From a virus (lineage: Duplodnaviria; Caudoviricetes), in IMG/VR virus record IMGVR_UViG_3300030099_003199, positions 50,847-114,846 of that record: a stretch of DNA of 64,000 nucleotides; one strand, given 5' to 3'. The notes under the pieces were generated by a model. It did no database searches and had not been told where the DNA came from. It saw only the letters and a program-made list of their open reading frames with translations. The position numbers and the translations under genes are program-made. How positions within the stretch are numbered: position 1 is the stretch's first letter; each line of letters begins with the position of its first letter. This document shows, piece by piece, positions 16,065-25,400 of this stretch.

Positions 16065-18542
16065 TTAATGTTTTATAATCTTATTAATAAATATTTTATC
16101 ATCTGTTGTTATATATAAATTATATAAACCATTTGAATAATCTGATATATCAACAGTATTTAAATTCTTTCCTTCTACAATTATCTTTCCTTGCATGTCT
16201 ATAACTTTTATTTCTACATTTAATCTAGTATCAATTCTAAAAATACCTGTTGTAGGATTTGGATATACTACAATACCTGTAGAAGATAAATCAGTTATAT
16301 TAGTTGGCCATCCTAATTGACAATAGTCATACATTGTTTGACATGTTGCATCCCAACTGTTTTCACAACAATATTCATCTACGTCTATTACCCAAGCATA
16401 ACATCCATCATTTAACCAATAAGGAATACCTGGTCCACCAATACATCCTGCATCATATAAACAAGATAAAGAATCATTTACGTTAGCCAACGGTTCATAG
16501 TTCCATGCAACTTGATCCATACAACCTTCAACCACAGTAATACACGTACCATTGTCAGTATTAGCCAATGGATCATAGTTAAGGGCAGTACTATCAGTAC
16601 AACCATAAATAAAAGGTATGCAACTAAAATCTTCTGTATTGGCTTGGGAGTTGTAGTTAAGCATAGAAGGGTCAGTGCAACCATAGATAAAAGGAATGCA
16701 ATTATTATCATCTGTGTTTGCTAAAGGGTTAAAATTAAACATTGTTGAATCCATACAGCCAAAAACAAAAGGTTCACAAGAACCATTATCTACATTGGCT
16801 AAAGGATTAAAGTTAAACATTGATGCATCTGTGCATCCATATACTATATCTATACAGGTTGAGTCATCTACATTTGCAAGTGGATTATAATTAAGCGCAT
16901 TAGGATCTGTACACCCAGGTACTGGTAATATACATGTTCCATCGTCTGTATTAGCAGTTGAATCATAATTAAGAGCAATAGGATTTGTACAACCATCAAT
17001 TACTGGTACACATGTTGAGTCATCAACATTGGCATTTATATTATAATTAAATGCTAAAGGATTTGTACATCCTTCTACTATTGCTATACATGAACCAGAT
17101 ATTTCTACGTTTGCTAGCGGATCATAGTTAAGAGCTGTTGAATCCATGCATCCTGCAACAATTAAAGTTGCACATGATCCATCATCATAATCAGCAGTTG
17201 TATCATATTCTAGATATAGTGGATTCATACATCCTGCTATATAATAACAAGAGCTATCATCTGTATTAGCCTCATCATAATAATTTAAAGCAAGGCTATC
17301 TGTACAACCAAATACTTTTTCTATACATGTATTACCACAATTAGTAACAAAAGCATAAGGAAACAAAGGCTGTATAAACGGTGGTTGAACACTAATTAAT
17401 GTATCACCTTCTGGATTAATGAGTGTAAATCCACATTCTATAGTTGTTAGTGCTGCTTGTGGGGATATATGAAATCTAAACACAGCTGGATCTGGAGCAT
17501 CTATAGTAAATTGATGTTCATCATTAAAACCTCCAGTGTGAGTAAATATGAAAGAAGTGTCAGGTAAATCTAGAGATAAGTGTGATCCTACCCAACCATT
17601 ACCCATAAGATCATGCAACACTAACGTAAATTCACATTGTGGAATAAGATCCATTGTATTTGCAGTAGAATCATAATTAAATGCTGTTGAGTCAATACAC
17701 CCAAATATCTTTAATGTTTGACAGCTACCATCATCAGTATCTGCAAAGGGGTTCCATTCTACATAATCATCATCTGTACATCCATATATAGGAGGACATT
17801 CACCTATAGTAAATACATGAGTACTGTCTGTACCAAAAGCCGGATCTGTACCATATACTAATGTATCTCCACATTGTTTAACAAAATAGGATCCATCTTG
17901 ACCTTGCCAAAGTGAACCTTGCATACCATCTCCATAATCATCAAATATTGTAAAGTTAAGATCTCCTTCTGGTAAGCATACTGGTACAGTTAAAGTGGCA
18001 TAATCTGGTTGTGATCCATAACCGCTTCCTGATGCTACTACTAAACCTAAAGAATCAGTTATCTCCCAAGATGTTTCTGATTGATACTGATCTAAATTAA
18101 TTATAACTGCAGCAGGAAAACATGGTGCTGGTGGTGGCCCATTAGGTTGACATGGTCCTAAATTAAAGTTTATTATTTCTGTAGCAAAGTAATTTGTTGG
18201 TGAAGATATAAATTCTACTATTGTATCTTGGCAATTATTCCATGTTCTAAAATAACCTTGTTGACCTGTATCTTGCCACCCATCTCCATATTGATCTAAA
18301 AGAATAGCTGTAAGTGGTTGAGCATCTATAAATAAAGTATCTAATAAATATTCACTTTGTACTGTAGGCTGATGATGATATACAGTATCACCTTGAACAT
18401 CTGTAATATAAAACTGTGACTCAGCTGGTCCCCATGAATCATATTGTGCTTCTATAACAAGATAGGAGTTTTGAGCACAACATTTTTTTGGAGTTACGCA
18501 TGCTGCTAAAATTAGTATTATTATAAATAAAAGTTTTTTCAT
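16065..18542 (-). CDS. Secreted Cys-repeat protein with C-terminal T9SS type A sorting domain
   Basis: Signal peptide/lipobox (ILAAC); three D.YGDG-type domains; 13 GCxDxxAxNY..A..DDGSC repeats; C-terminal VVYPNPTTG...NGLY...KIIK. Confidence 0.85.
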   Translation of the reverse strand: MKKLLFIIILILAACVTPKKCCAQNSYLVIEAQYDSWGPAESQFYITDVQGDTVYHHQPTVQSEYLLDTLFIDAQPLTAILLDQYGDGWQDTGQQGYFRTWNNCQDTIVEFISSPTNYFATEIINFNLGPCQPNGPPPAPCFPAAVIINLDQYQSETSWEITDSLGLVVASGSGYGSQPDYATLTVPVCLPEGDLNFTIFDDYGDGMQGSLWQGQDGSYFVKQCGDTLVYGTDPAFGTDSTHVFTIGECPPIYGCTDDDYVEWNPFADTDDGSCQTLKIFGCIDSTAFNYDSTANTMDLIPQCEFTLVLHDLMGNGWVGSHLSLDLPDTSFIFTHTGGFNDEHQFTIDAPDPAVFRFHISPQAALTTIECGFTLINPEGDTLISVQPPFIQPLFPYAFVTNCGNTCIEKVFGCTDSLALNYYDEANTDDSSCYYIAGCMNPLYLEYDTTADYDDGSCATLIVAGCMDSTALNYDPLANVEISGSCIAIVEGCTNPLAFNYNINANVDDSTCVPVIDGCTNPIALNYDSTANTDDGTCILPVPGCTDPNALNYNPLANVDDSTCIDIVYGCTDASMFNFNPLANVDNGSCEPFVFGCMDSTMFNFNPLANTDDNNCIPFIYGCTDPSMLNYNSQANTEDFSCIPFIYGCTDSTALNYDPLANTDNGTCITVVEGCMDQVAWNYEPLANVNDSLSCLYDAGCIGGPGIPYWLNDGCYAWVIDVDEYCCENSWDATCQTMYDYCQLGWPTNITDLSSTGIVVYPNPTTGIFRIDTRLNVEIKVIDMQGKIIVEGKNLNTVDISDYSNGLYNLYITTDDKIFINKIIKH
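16460..17320 (-). repeat. Tandem ~26-codon GCTD/DDGSC coding repeat (11 consecutive units; approximate bounds)
   Basis: Visible in the translation and as recurring TGCATCC/TACATCC/TACAACC on the + strand. Confidence 0.8.
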
Positions 18543-18544
18543 AA

Positions 18545-18890
18545 TTAAAAATCACTCATTATTAGTTCATCAATATATTCTTGTATCTCTTCTCTAGTAG
18601 CAACCATTTTAAAACTTAAATCTGCTTGAAAACGTTTTACTTCTTCTCCATCTTTAAACACTATTATCGTAGGTACTGATGCTATTGCATATTTAGATTG
18701 GTTATTATTTTCTTCTATTAGTAATCTTTTTTTATTACACTCTTTTAATTTTTCAAACCATTTTACATCATTAGCACTATTCCATTCTGCATTAAAATGT
18801 CTCACTGTTATCTGTGAAAAACACTCTAATGAGGCAAAAGATAAATAAAGCACAAACAAGTATGTTGCAAATGTTTTCCATTTATTTATT
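18545..18890 (-). CDS. Exported thioredoxin-fold protein lacking CxxC (start uncertain)
   Basis: HFNAEWNSAN at the FxAxWCxxC position, IASVPTIIVFKDGEEVKRF cis-Pro loop, signal-like YLFVLYLSFASLECFS|Q. Confidence 0.7.
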
Positions 18891-18893
18891 TTT

Positions 18894-19019
18894 TTATCTT
18901 CCTTGCCCACGGTATTTTGTTTTATAACCACTTTGACCTTTGCTAGCATTTTTACTATGTACTCCAGGTCTTTTGGTTCGTTTATTACCTTTAAATTGTA
19001 TTGTGGATTTTTTTCTCAT
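18894..19019 (-). CDS. Small basic protein (41 aa; RPGVHSK...YRGQGR)
   Basis: MRKKSTIQFKGNKRTKRPGVHSKNASKGQSGYKTKYRGQGR; starts 2 nt after the upstream stop. Confidence 0.7.
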   Translation of the reverse strand: MRKKSTIQFKGNKRTKRPGVHSKNASKGQSGYKTKYRGQGR

Positions 19020-19021
19020 TA

Positions 19022-19303
19022 TTATCTATTATATAATTTATCTTCTATCTTTTCTAAAGATTCTTTAATTTCTTTTACATCTTCCTGTGTTGTCATAATT
19101 GTACTACGTATCATTTGATCTTTCATATCAAACTCCATACGTGTTACTTCTGGATCAGGTGGAGCTGGTAACTCTTTTGCTTTTTGTATATCAGCTTGTA
19201 AAGTAAACCACATTCCAACAAGAGTAAAAATTAAAACTGCTATTCCTCCTAGTGTTTTTAAGCTTACTTTAAAACTTGTTTCTTCATTTAATTCCTTTGC
19301 CAT
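19022..19303 (-). CDS. Single-TM protein with C-terminal coiled coil
   Basis: LGGIAVLIFTLVGMWFTL, then TQEDVKEIKESLEKIEDKLY. Confidence 0.75.
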   Translation of the reverse strand: MAKELNEETSFKVSLKTLGGIAVLIFTLVGMWFTLQADIQKAKELPAPPDPEVTRMEFDMKDQMIRSTIMTTQEDVKEIKESLEKIEDKLYNR

Positions 19304-19307
19304 TTTA

Positions 19308-19883
19308 TTACATTAAATTTTGTTTCATACCATTACTTCCTGCAGGCATTCTAATTCTTTGTACATTTTTATTCAAAACTAATGTTGCAATAAAACCACT
19401 AGCTACATTAGATTTAAACTGAACTGATTGTACATCTGGAAATTCTAATTGATAATTTATAAAATCTATTTCTATTTGTCCTGTGTATGTTAAACCTGTC
19501 CAATCTGAAATAGTATTTGCATCGTGTCCTCCATTTCCATAGCCTTGTACAGAAGGGCTCATTACATGACTAAACATTACTATGTTATTTTTTCCTGCAC
19601 TAATTCCATTTGATGATCTTCTTGTGCTTCCTGATATAATTTTATCAGAAACTATTTCTCCTTCAAATTCTGTATTAGGGCTTTCAGGTAATCTAGATAT
19701 TAACTTAACTGACACAGTTATATCTGCAGCTCCTGTGTTTTGAATTACTATTTTATTAAAAGTAACTCCTTTTAGAAAGTTAGTTCTAGCAGAATCACGT
19801 GGTAATAAATCTGTCCACGTATTTGGTGTAACAGTTACTAATTGTTGATTTAAACCCGTATTGCCAGTATTAGAACGTGCCAT
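19308..19883 (-). CDS. Hypothetical protein (beta-rich)
   Basis: 191-aa ORF, TAATG-coupled to the upstream gene. Confidence 0.7.
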   Translation of the reverse strand: MARSNTGNTGLNQQLVTVTPNTWTDLLPRDSARTNFLKGVTFNKIVIQNTGAADITVSVKLISRLPESPNTEFEGEIVSDKIISGSTRRSSNGISAGKNNIVMFSHVMSPSVQGYGNGGHDANTISDWTGLTYTGQIEIDFINYQLEFPDVQSVQFKSNVASGFIATLVLNKNVQRIRMPAGSNGMKQNLM

Positions 19884-20191
19884 TATGCAAAGAACATTAA
19901 TTTAATTATGCAACCAACAACTGCAGTAAAAATTACCCAAAGTGCTTTTGTAACGTTATCTTTCCATTTTTTAAGAGACTCCATTTCTGCAATAGTTTCT
20001 TCATAATATGGTAAGAATTCATCTACTCTATCTCTAAAAGATGTATTCTTGTTAACTCTAGTTACAAAACCATTATCTGGATCTAACAATTTTTTGGTTA
20101 AAGAATCTAATTTTTTATCAATTTCATCTAATTTTTTTTCCATATTGTCAATTCTTAACCCCATTACTATAATATCTTGTTGAGAATCCAT
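19883..20191 (-). CDS. Coiled-coil protein with C-terminal TM helix (XhlA/holin-like)
   Basis: IDNMEKKLDEIDKKLD coiled coil; ALWVIFTAVVGCIIKLMFF TM. Confidence 0.65.
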   Translation of the reverse strand: MDSQQDIIVMGLRIDNMEKKLDEIDKKLDSLTKKLLDPDNGFVTRVNKNTSFRDRVDEFLPYYEETIAEMESLKKWKDNVTKALWVIFTAVVGCIIKLMFFA

Positions 20192-20224
20192 ATTTTTGCA
20201 ATCTTAATTTATCAGTTACATATA

Positions 20225-20237
20225 TAATATACTGAAA
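20225..20237 (-). promoter_or_regulatory. Putative phage promoter motif TTTCAGTATATTA
   Basis: Heads the leftward small-gene cluster in the divergent intergenic region; followed by NNNN-TGTAAC as at 53185. Confidence 0.5.
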
Positions 20238-20357
20238 AAAAACAAAATAAAAAAATGATGATTGCATCAATTTTATATAAAAAAACTAAGAAAGTAGATT
20301 CTATTTTCTTATCTTAATTATCCCACCTATTGTTAAACTAAATAAAAAATAAAAAAA

Positions 20358-22217
20358 ATGAATCTAAGTAACAAAATTTTAAGTGAAATTACTGTTCATA
20401 TGAAGTATGCAAAATACTTACCTGAACACAATAGAAGAGAGACTTGGGAAGAACTTGTCACTCGTAACAAAAACATGCATATTAAAAAATATCCTGGTCT
20501 TGGAAATGAGATAGAGGATGTATATAAACTAGTATATGATAAGAAGATTTTACCTTCTATGAGATCTATGCAGTTTGGTGGTAAACCAATTGAAGTTAGT
20601 CCTAACCGTGTATATAACTGTGCGTACTTACCAGTTGATGCTTTAGATGCATTTAATGAAACAATGTTTTTACTTTTAGGTGGTACTGGTGTAGGTTATT
20701 CTGTTCAAAAACATCATGTAGATAAGCTTCCTTGTATAAATAAACCTTTTGCAAAAAGATCAAAAAGATATTTAATTGGTGATTCTATTGAAGGTTGGGC
20801 TGATGCTGTTAAAGTTTTAGTTAAATCTTACTTTGGAGCAAGATCATCTAAAATAGAATTTGATTTTTCTGATATTAGACCAAAAGGAGCTAGGCTAGTT
20901 ACATCTGGTGGTAAAGCTCCTGGACCTCAGCCACTTAAAGAATGCTTATTAAAACTTGAAGGATTATTAAGTAATAAAGAAGATGGTGATAAATTATCTA
21001 CACTTGAAGTTCATGATATGATTTGTCATATTGCTGATGCTGTATTAGCTGGAGGTATTAGGCGTGCTGCACTTATAAGTTTATTTAGTGCTGATGATGA
21101 TGAAATGATTGGTTGTAAATCTGGATCATGGTGGGAACTAAATCCACAACGTGGTAGAGCTAATAACTCTGCTGTACTTATGAGACATAAAATAACTAAG
21201 TCTTTCTTTATGGATTTATGGAAACGTGTTGAGTTATCTGGTGCTGGTGAGCCTGGTATATATTTTAATAATGATAAAGATTGGGGAACTAATCCATGCT
21301 GTGAGATTGCACTACGTCCTTTTCAATTTTGTAATCTTTGTGAAGTTAACGTAAGTAATGTTGAGTCACAAGAGGACTTAAATGAAAGAGTTAAGGCTGC
21401 TTCTTTCATTGGTACATTACAAGCTAGCTATACTAACTTCCATTATCTTAGACAGATATGGAAAGAAACAACTGAAAAAGATGCTCTCATTGGTGTATCT
21501 ATGACCGGTATAGCAAGTGGTAAAGTATCTTCTCTAGATCTTGCTGAGGCAGCAAAAATAGTAAAGAAGGAAAATGAATTTATTGCTAGACTATTAGGTA
21601 TTAACTCTTCAGCAAGATGTACTACTGTAAAACCTGCAGGAACTACATCATTAACTCTTGGAACTTCTTCTGGTATTCACGCTTGGCATAATGATTATTA
21701 TCTAAGAAGAATAAGAGTTGGTAAGAATGAAGCTATATATACATATCTTTCTGTAAATCATCCTGAGCTTATTGAAGACTGTGTATTCCGTGGACATGAC
21801 ACTGCAATTATTAGCATTCCTCAAAAAGCACCAAAAGGTTCAACCTTAAGAACTGAATCACCATTTGACTTACTAGAGAGAATAAAAAAGATTGCTACTG
21901 AATGGGTAAAACCAGGTCATAGAAAAGGTTCTAATACTCATAATGTTTCCGCTACAGTATCTCTTAAAGAAGATGAATGGGATAAAGCTGGTAAGTGGAT
22001 GTGGGAAAACAGAGACTATTATAATGGTTTATCTGTATTACCATATGACGGTGGTACTTATACTCAAGCTCCATTTGAAGATATAACAGAAAAACAATAC
22101 AATGAGCTAATAAGCTCAGTAACTTCTGTTGATCTTACAAAAGTTGTAGAACTTGATGATAATACTGATTTAAAAGGTGAACTTGCATGTGCTGGTGGTG
22201 CATGTGAAATTACATAG
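20358..22217 (+). CDS. nrdJ: Class II (adenosylcobalamin-dependent) ribonucleotide reductase
   Basis: LPSMR, YNCA, GGTGVGYS, GGIRRAA, TNPCCEI (catalytic Cys), FCNLCE, TTVKPAGT and C-terminal CAGGAC. No beta-subunit gene adjacent. Confidence 0.9.
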   Translation: MNLSNKILSEITVHMKYAKYLPEHNRRETWEELVTRNKNMHIKKYPGLGNEIEDVYKLVYDKKILPSMRSMQFGGKPIEVSPNRVYNCAYLPVDALDAFNETMFLLLGGTGVGYSVQKHHVDKLPCINKPFAKRSKRYLIGDSIEGWADAVKVLVKSYFGARSSKIEFDFSDIRPKGARLVTSGGKAPGPQPLKECLLKLEGLLSNKEDGDKLSTLEVHDMICHIADAVLAGGIRRAALISLFSADDDEMIGCKSGSWWELNPQRGRANNSAVLMRHKITKSFFMDLWKRVELSGAGEPGIYFNNDKDWGTNPCCEIALRPFQFCNLCEVNVSNVESQEDLNERVKAASFIGTLQASYTNFHYLRQIWKETTEKDALIGVSMTGIASGKVSSLDLAEAAKIVKKENEFIARLLGINSSARCTTVKPAGTTSLTLGTSSGIHAWHNDYYLRRIRVGKNEAIYTYLSVNHPELIEDCVFRGHDTAIISIPQKAPKGSTLRTESPFDLLERIKKIATEWVKPGHRKGSNTHNVSATVSLKEDEWDKAGKWMWENRDYYNGLSVLPYDGGTYTQAPFEDITEKQYNELISSVTSVDLTKVVELDDNTDLKGELACAGGACEIT

Positions 22218-22284
22218 TACCTAAAGCAAAGACAACTACCATTATTACAATATATATTACTGGGGTTATATCTATACGTTTCAT
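22210..22284 (-). CDS. Possible antisense-oriented TM micro-protein (24 aa)
   Basis: MKRIDITPVIYIVIMVVVFALGTM; stop overlaps the end of nrdJ. Confidence 0.4.
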   Translation of the reverse strand: MKRIDITPVIYIVIMVVVFALGTM

Positions 22285-22313
22285 ATAAATAATATATAGA
22301 TTATAACCTCAGT
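22259..22313. other. Long imperfect inverted repeat downstream of nrdJ
   Basis: ACTGGGGTTATA-TCTATA ... TATAGA-T-TATAACCTCAGT (18 pairs, one G.U, one bulge). Confidence 0.6.
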
Positions 22314-22339
22314 TTATGTTAACTAAACATTAAATAACT

Positions 22340-22465
22340 ATGAACAAATTAATTGATAAAACAGCAAAAGAAATATCATTTAGGCTTTTAGCTACAGTTA
22401 AACATCCAGATCATGAATGGCTTAAAGAAAAACTTAAAGCACTGATACTTAAAACTTCTAAATGA
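22340..22465 (+). CDS. Small hypothetical protein (41 aa)
   Basis: MNKLIDKTAKEISFRLLATVKHPDHEWLKEKLKALILKTSK; stop abuts the stop of the convergent large gene. Confidence 0.55.
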   Translation: MNKLIDKTAKEISFRLLATVKHPDHEWLKEKLKALILKTSK

Positions 22466-25400
22466 TTATTTAATAAAGAAGTCACTTACATTATCATAAG
22501 ACTTCCATCTATTAATAGTATATAGAATAGGTAAAGCATCACCCCATTGCTTACCAAGCTTAAGCTGACCTCTTCTAGCTTTAGGTCTTTGGTATACCCA
22601 TTTAGATTCCATAAAACTTTCATCATCCATGAAGGCATATGATAAACTAGTACCTACTGTATACTCTAATGCTTCTCCAAGCTCACCCAAAGTTCTTGTA
22701 GAGGCTATTGGAGACTTAAACAGTTGATATAATTGCGTTAAACCACCTGTTCCAGGTATAGGCATAAAGGTTACTAAATCTTTGTGTGTTCTATCTAACT
22801 GATATAAAAACACATTACGCAACCTTTTTCTTAAAACTGAATCACTATCATCAACATCACGTCTTGTAGTACCACCTCTTTCTTCATCGTCATCATCTCC
22901 CATCATGTCTGACAATAACATCTTAAGCAATACTGTTGTCATAATAATACCAATCTCACCCATAGTTCTATAAACATTTTGTAGTTTTCTTTGGCCTTTC
23001 TCACCATTAAACTCTTTATAGTTATTAGCTATATTACCTATGTCTTGAAGATTTTTATACGCATACCCTAAGAAATTCCAGAAAGTTAAATATCTTCCTT
23101 CCATCCATCCTAGATTTTCATCAAAATATTCTGGTCTAAATCTAGCTTTGATTGCAGGAGCAACCCATTTATGGAACTGTGCTGCTAATTGACCTACTGC
23201 TGTAGACTGCATTACCATTCTATCTTCATAGGCATAGTTACCATGTACTTGTTTATTTACCTCCCTTATATAATTTCTTAGATCATAACGGGCATTATCA
23301 TCCCAATTTCTTTCTTTAGTTTGATTGTAAAATATAACTTTATCAAAACCGTCTTTAACCTTCATAGTTAAAGCTTTATTGTCCCAAATTAAAGCATCCC
23401 ATAATGACATCGTTTCTCCTGTCTTACTATTCTTCATAGTTGTAGACTCAAGAATTGCATTACCTATCTTAGTTTGTACATTATATTCACCTGCATCCTG
23501 TATGATATAACCAAATTCATGAAATCTATCCCAACCAGATCTAAGAAATCTAATTACATTATCTGACCCTCCTTCAGTAAACATATCTTTAGCAGCTGAT
23601 CTAACACTTGTGTTTTCACTTTTGTATTGACTTTCACGCATGTCTTGTTTACTATCTAGCATTCTAAAATACATTACAACTGCATTCCACTTGCCTTTTT
23701 GTTGGTCATCTTCATATCGTCTATATCTTTGTGTAGCAGCTTTTGTTGCTCCAGCAAGATTATCAAACATAGCACGTTGAAATCTAGCTGTAGTTTTCAT
23801 CATAGCCTTTGTTGAGAAAAATCTACCACCGGCTGTTTCAATTGCATTTGATACTCTACCAAAAACATAGTTGTTTAAGTTACCAAAAACGTTAAATCCT
23901 ACATATGCAAGAGATGTTGCAGATATTAAACCTTTAGATACTTTGTCAAAAAATGTTCTTGTGTCATTATCATTATCATAATACACCATCTTCATCCATT
24001 TCTTAGCACGCTTAGTCATATTAGCTTCTAAGTTACCTTTGACCTTACCCTTTTTTCCTACTTCTTTGCCTTCTTCATCTTGAATAATAATATCACCTTT
24101 TGAATTAGTATACTGTCTATTTTCAATAACTTTAATCATAGCATGAAAAGTATCTTCTGATTGACTCATTATTTGATAATTCTCAGCCATTGCTGAAAAC
24201 TTAATTAAAGATTCAGTTAAATCTAAGTTTAAAGTTCTTGCTGTTGGTTTTGACTCAAGAGATTTTATTTTTCCTCTTTGAGTTTTAAGTTGTTTTCTAT
24301 ATTTTTCTTTTTCTTCTGCAGTTTTAGCATTGTTATATAAAGTTGCTATTTGATCTAAAGCATTATATGCATTTTCAATATCTTTTTCTTGCACAATACT
24401 ACCAACATAATACAATGGTAATGAATCTGTTATAATATTACCATGCTCATCTCTAACAGCTCTTTTAATTACAGTACTAGGAGAAAAATAATTTCTAATT
24501 TTTGTAGACATTTTAGAAAATATAGAACCTACTGAATTAGGTTTATCTTTAAGTTTACTAGTTGGTCTACCTTCTATAGTTGGTAGTCTACCAATCATAC
24601 TAATATTTTCTGGTATTAAGTTTACTAACTCATTTTCAAAAACATCAATGTACATATTATAGTATTCACTTTGTGCTTTTTCTAATTCAGTAGTAGGGTT
24701 TTGTAGCTTTGACCACTTATCATTAATCCAATTAGGATTATTATAATTTATTTCTTTATACTCTGGTTTAACATAAGATGCATTTTTTACATAGTAAACT
24801 TGACCGGTAAAGTTTCCGTTTACATCTATTACTGGTTTTGCTATTCTAGCCTCTTCACCAAATGTATTATAATACTTAGCTAAATATCTTAAATAAGCTT
24901 TATTGCTTACAGTAGATTTTTTAGTCCAAAAGCCACCACCATTTGCATTTATTACAAATATTTCAAATCTGCTTCTAGCTCTTTTAAACTCATCAGTATA
25001 TTTAAAATTATCTCCATCTGAGTAACCGTCATCTCCTCTGTTTTCTGCTCTTTTAAAAGCAAAATAAGCATCACGGTCTGCCATTAATTTTCTATTGTAG
25101 TTTATTTGCTCTTGCGTTGCATCTTCAAGATTTTCAATATCAATAAATTCTTTCCAACTACCATCTTCATTTATAAGAGGCTGCTTTAATCTATTTAACT
25201 CAGCATAAAAAGCACTAGAAGTTTTCTTTACATATCTACCAGTAGGTTCACCATTCTCATCAAACTCAATCATAAATGAATAATCAATTCTTTCTGAGCC
25301 AGTTAATTTTGCAAGTTTCATTGCAGCTCTTTTAATTCTAGGAGCTCTTGCTTGTATTTTATCTAATACTCTTTGTCTATCTCTTTTAAATATTTTGTCC

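Noticed and set aside
16460-17320. CRISPR array or DGR-like repeat
   Set aside because: The repeats are degenerate in-frame protein repeats with no identical DNA repeats or spacers. No reverse transcriptase or cas gene was seen; the PD-(D/E)XK nuclease lacks the Cas4 Cys cluster.
20192-20357. Cobalamin riboswitch or NrdR box upstream of nrdJ
   Set aside because: The region is extremely AT-rich, with no B12-box/GGGAA core and no convincing NrdR palindrome.
4311-22217. Inteins or group I introns in polB and nrdJ
   Set aside because: Both genes are compact and uninterrupted, with normally spaced motifs and no intein or LAGLIDADG signatures.
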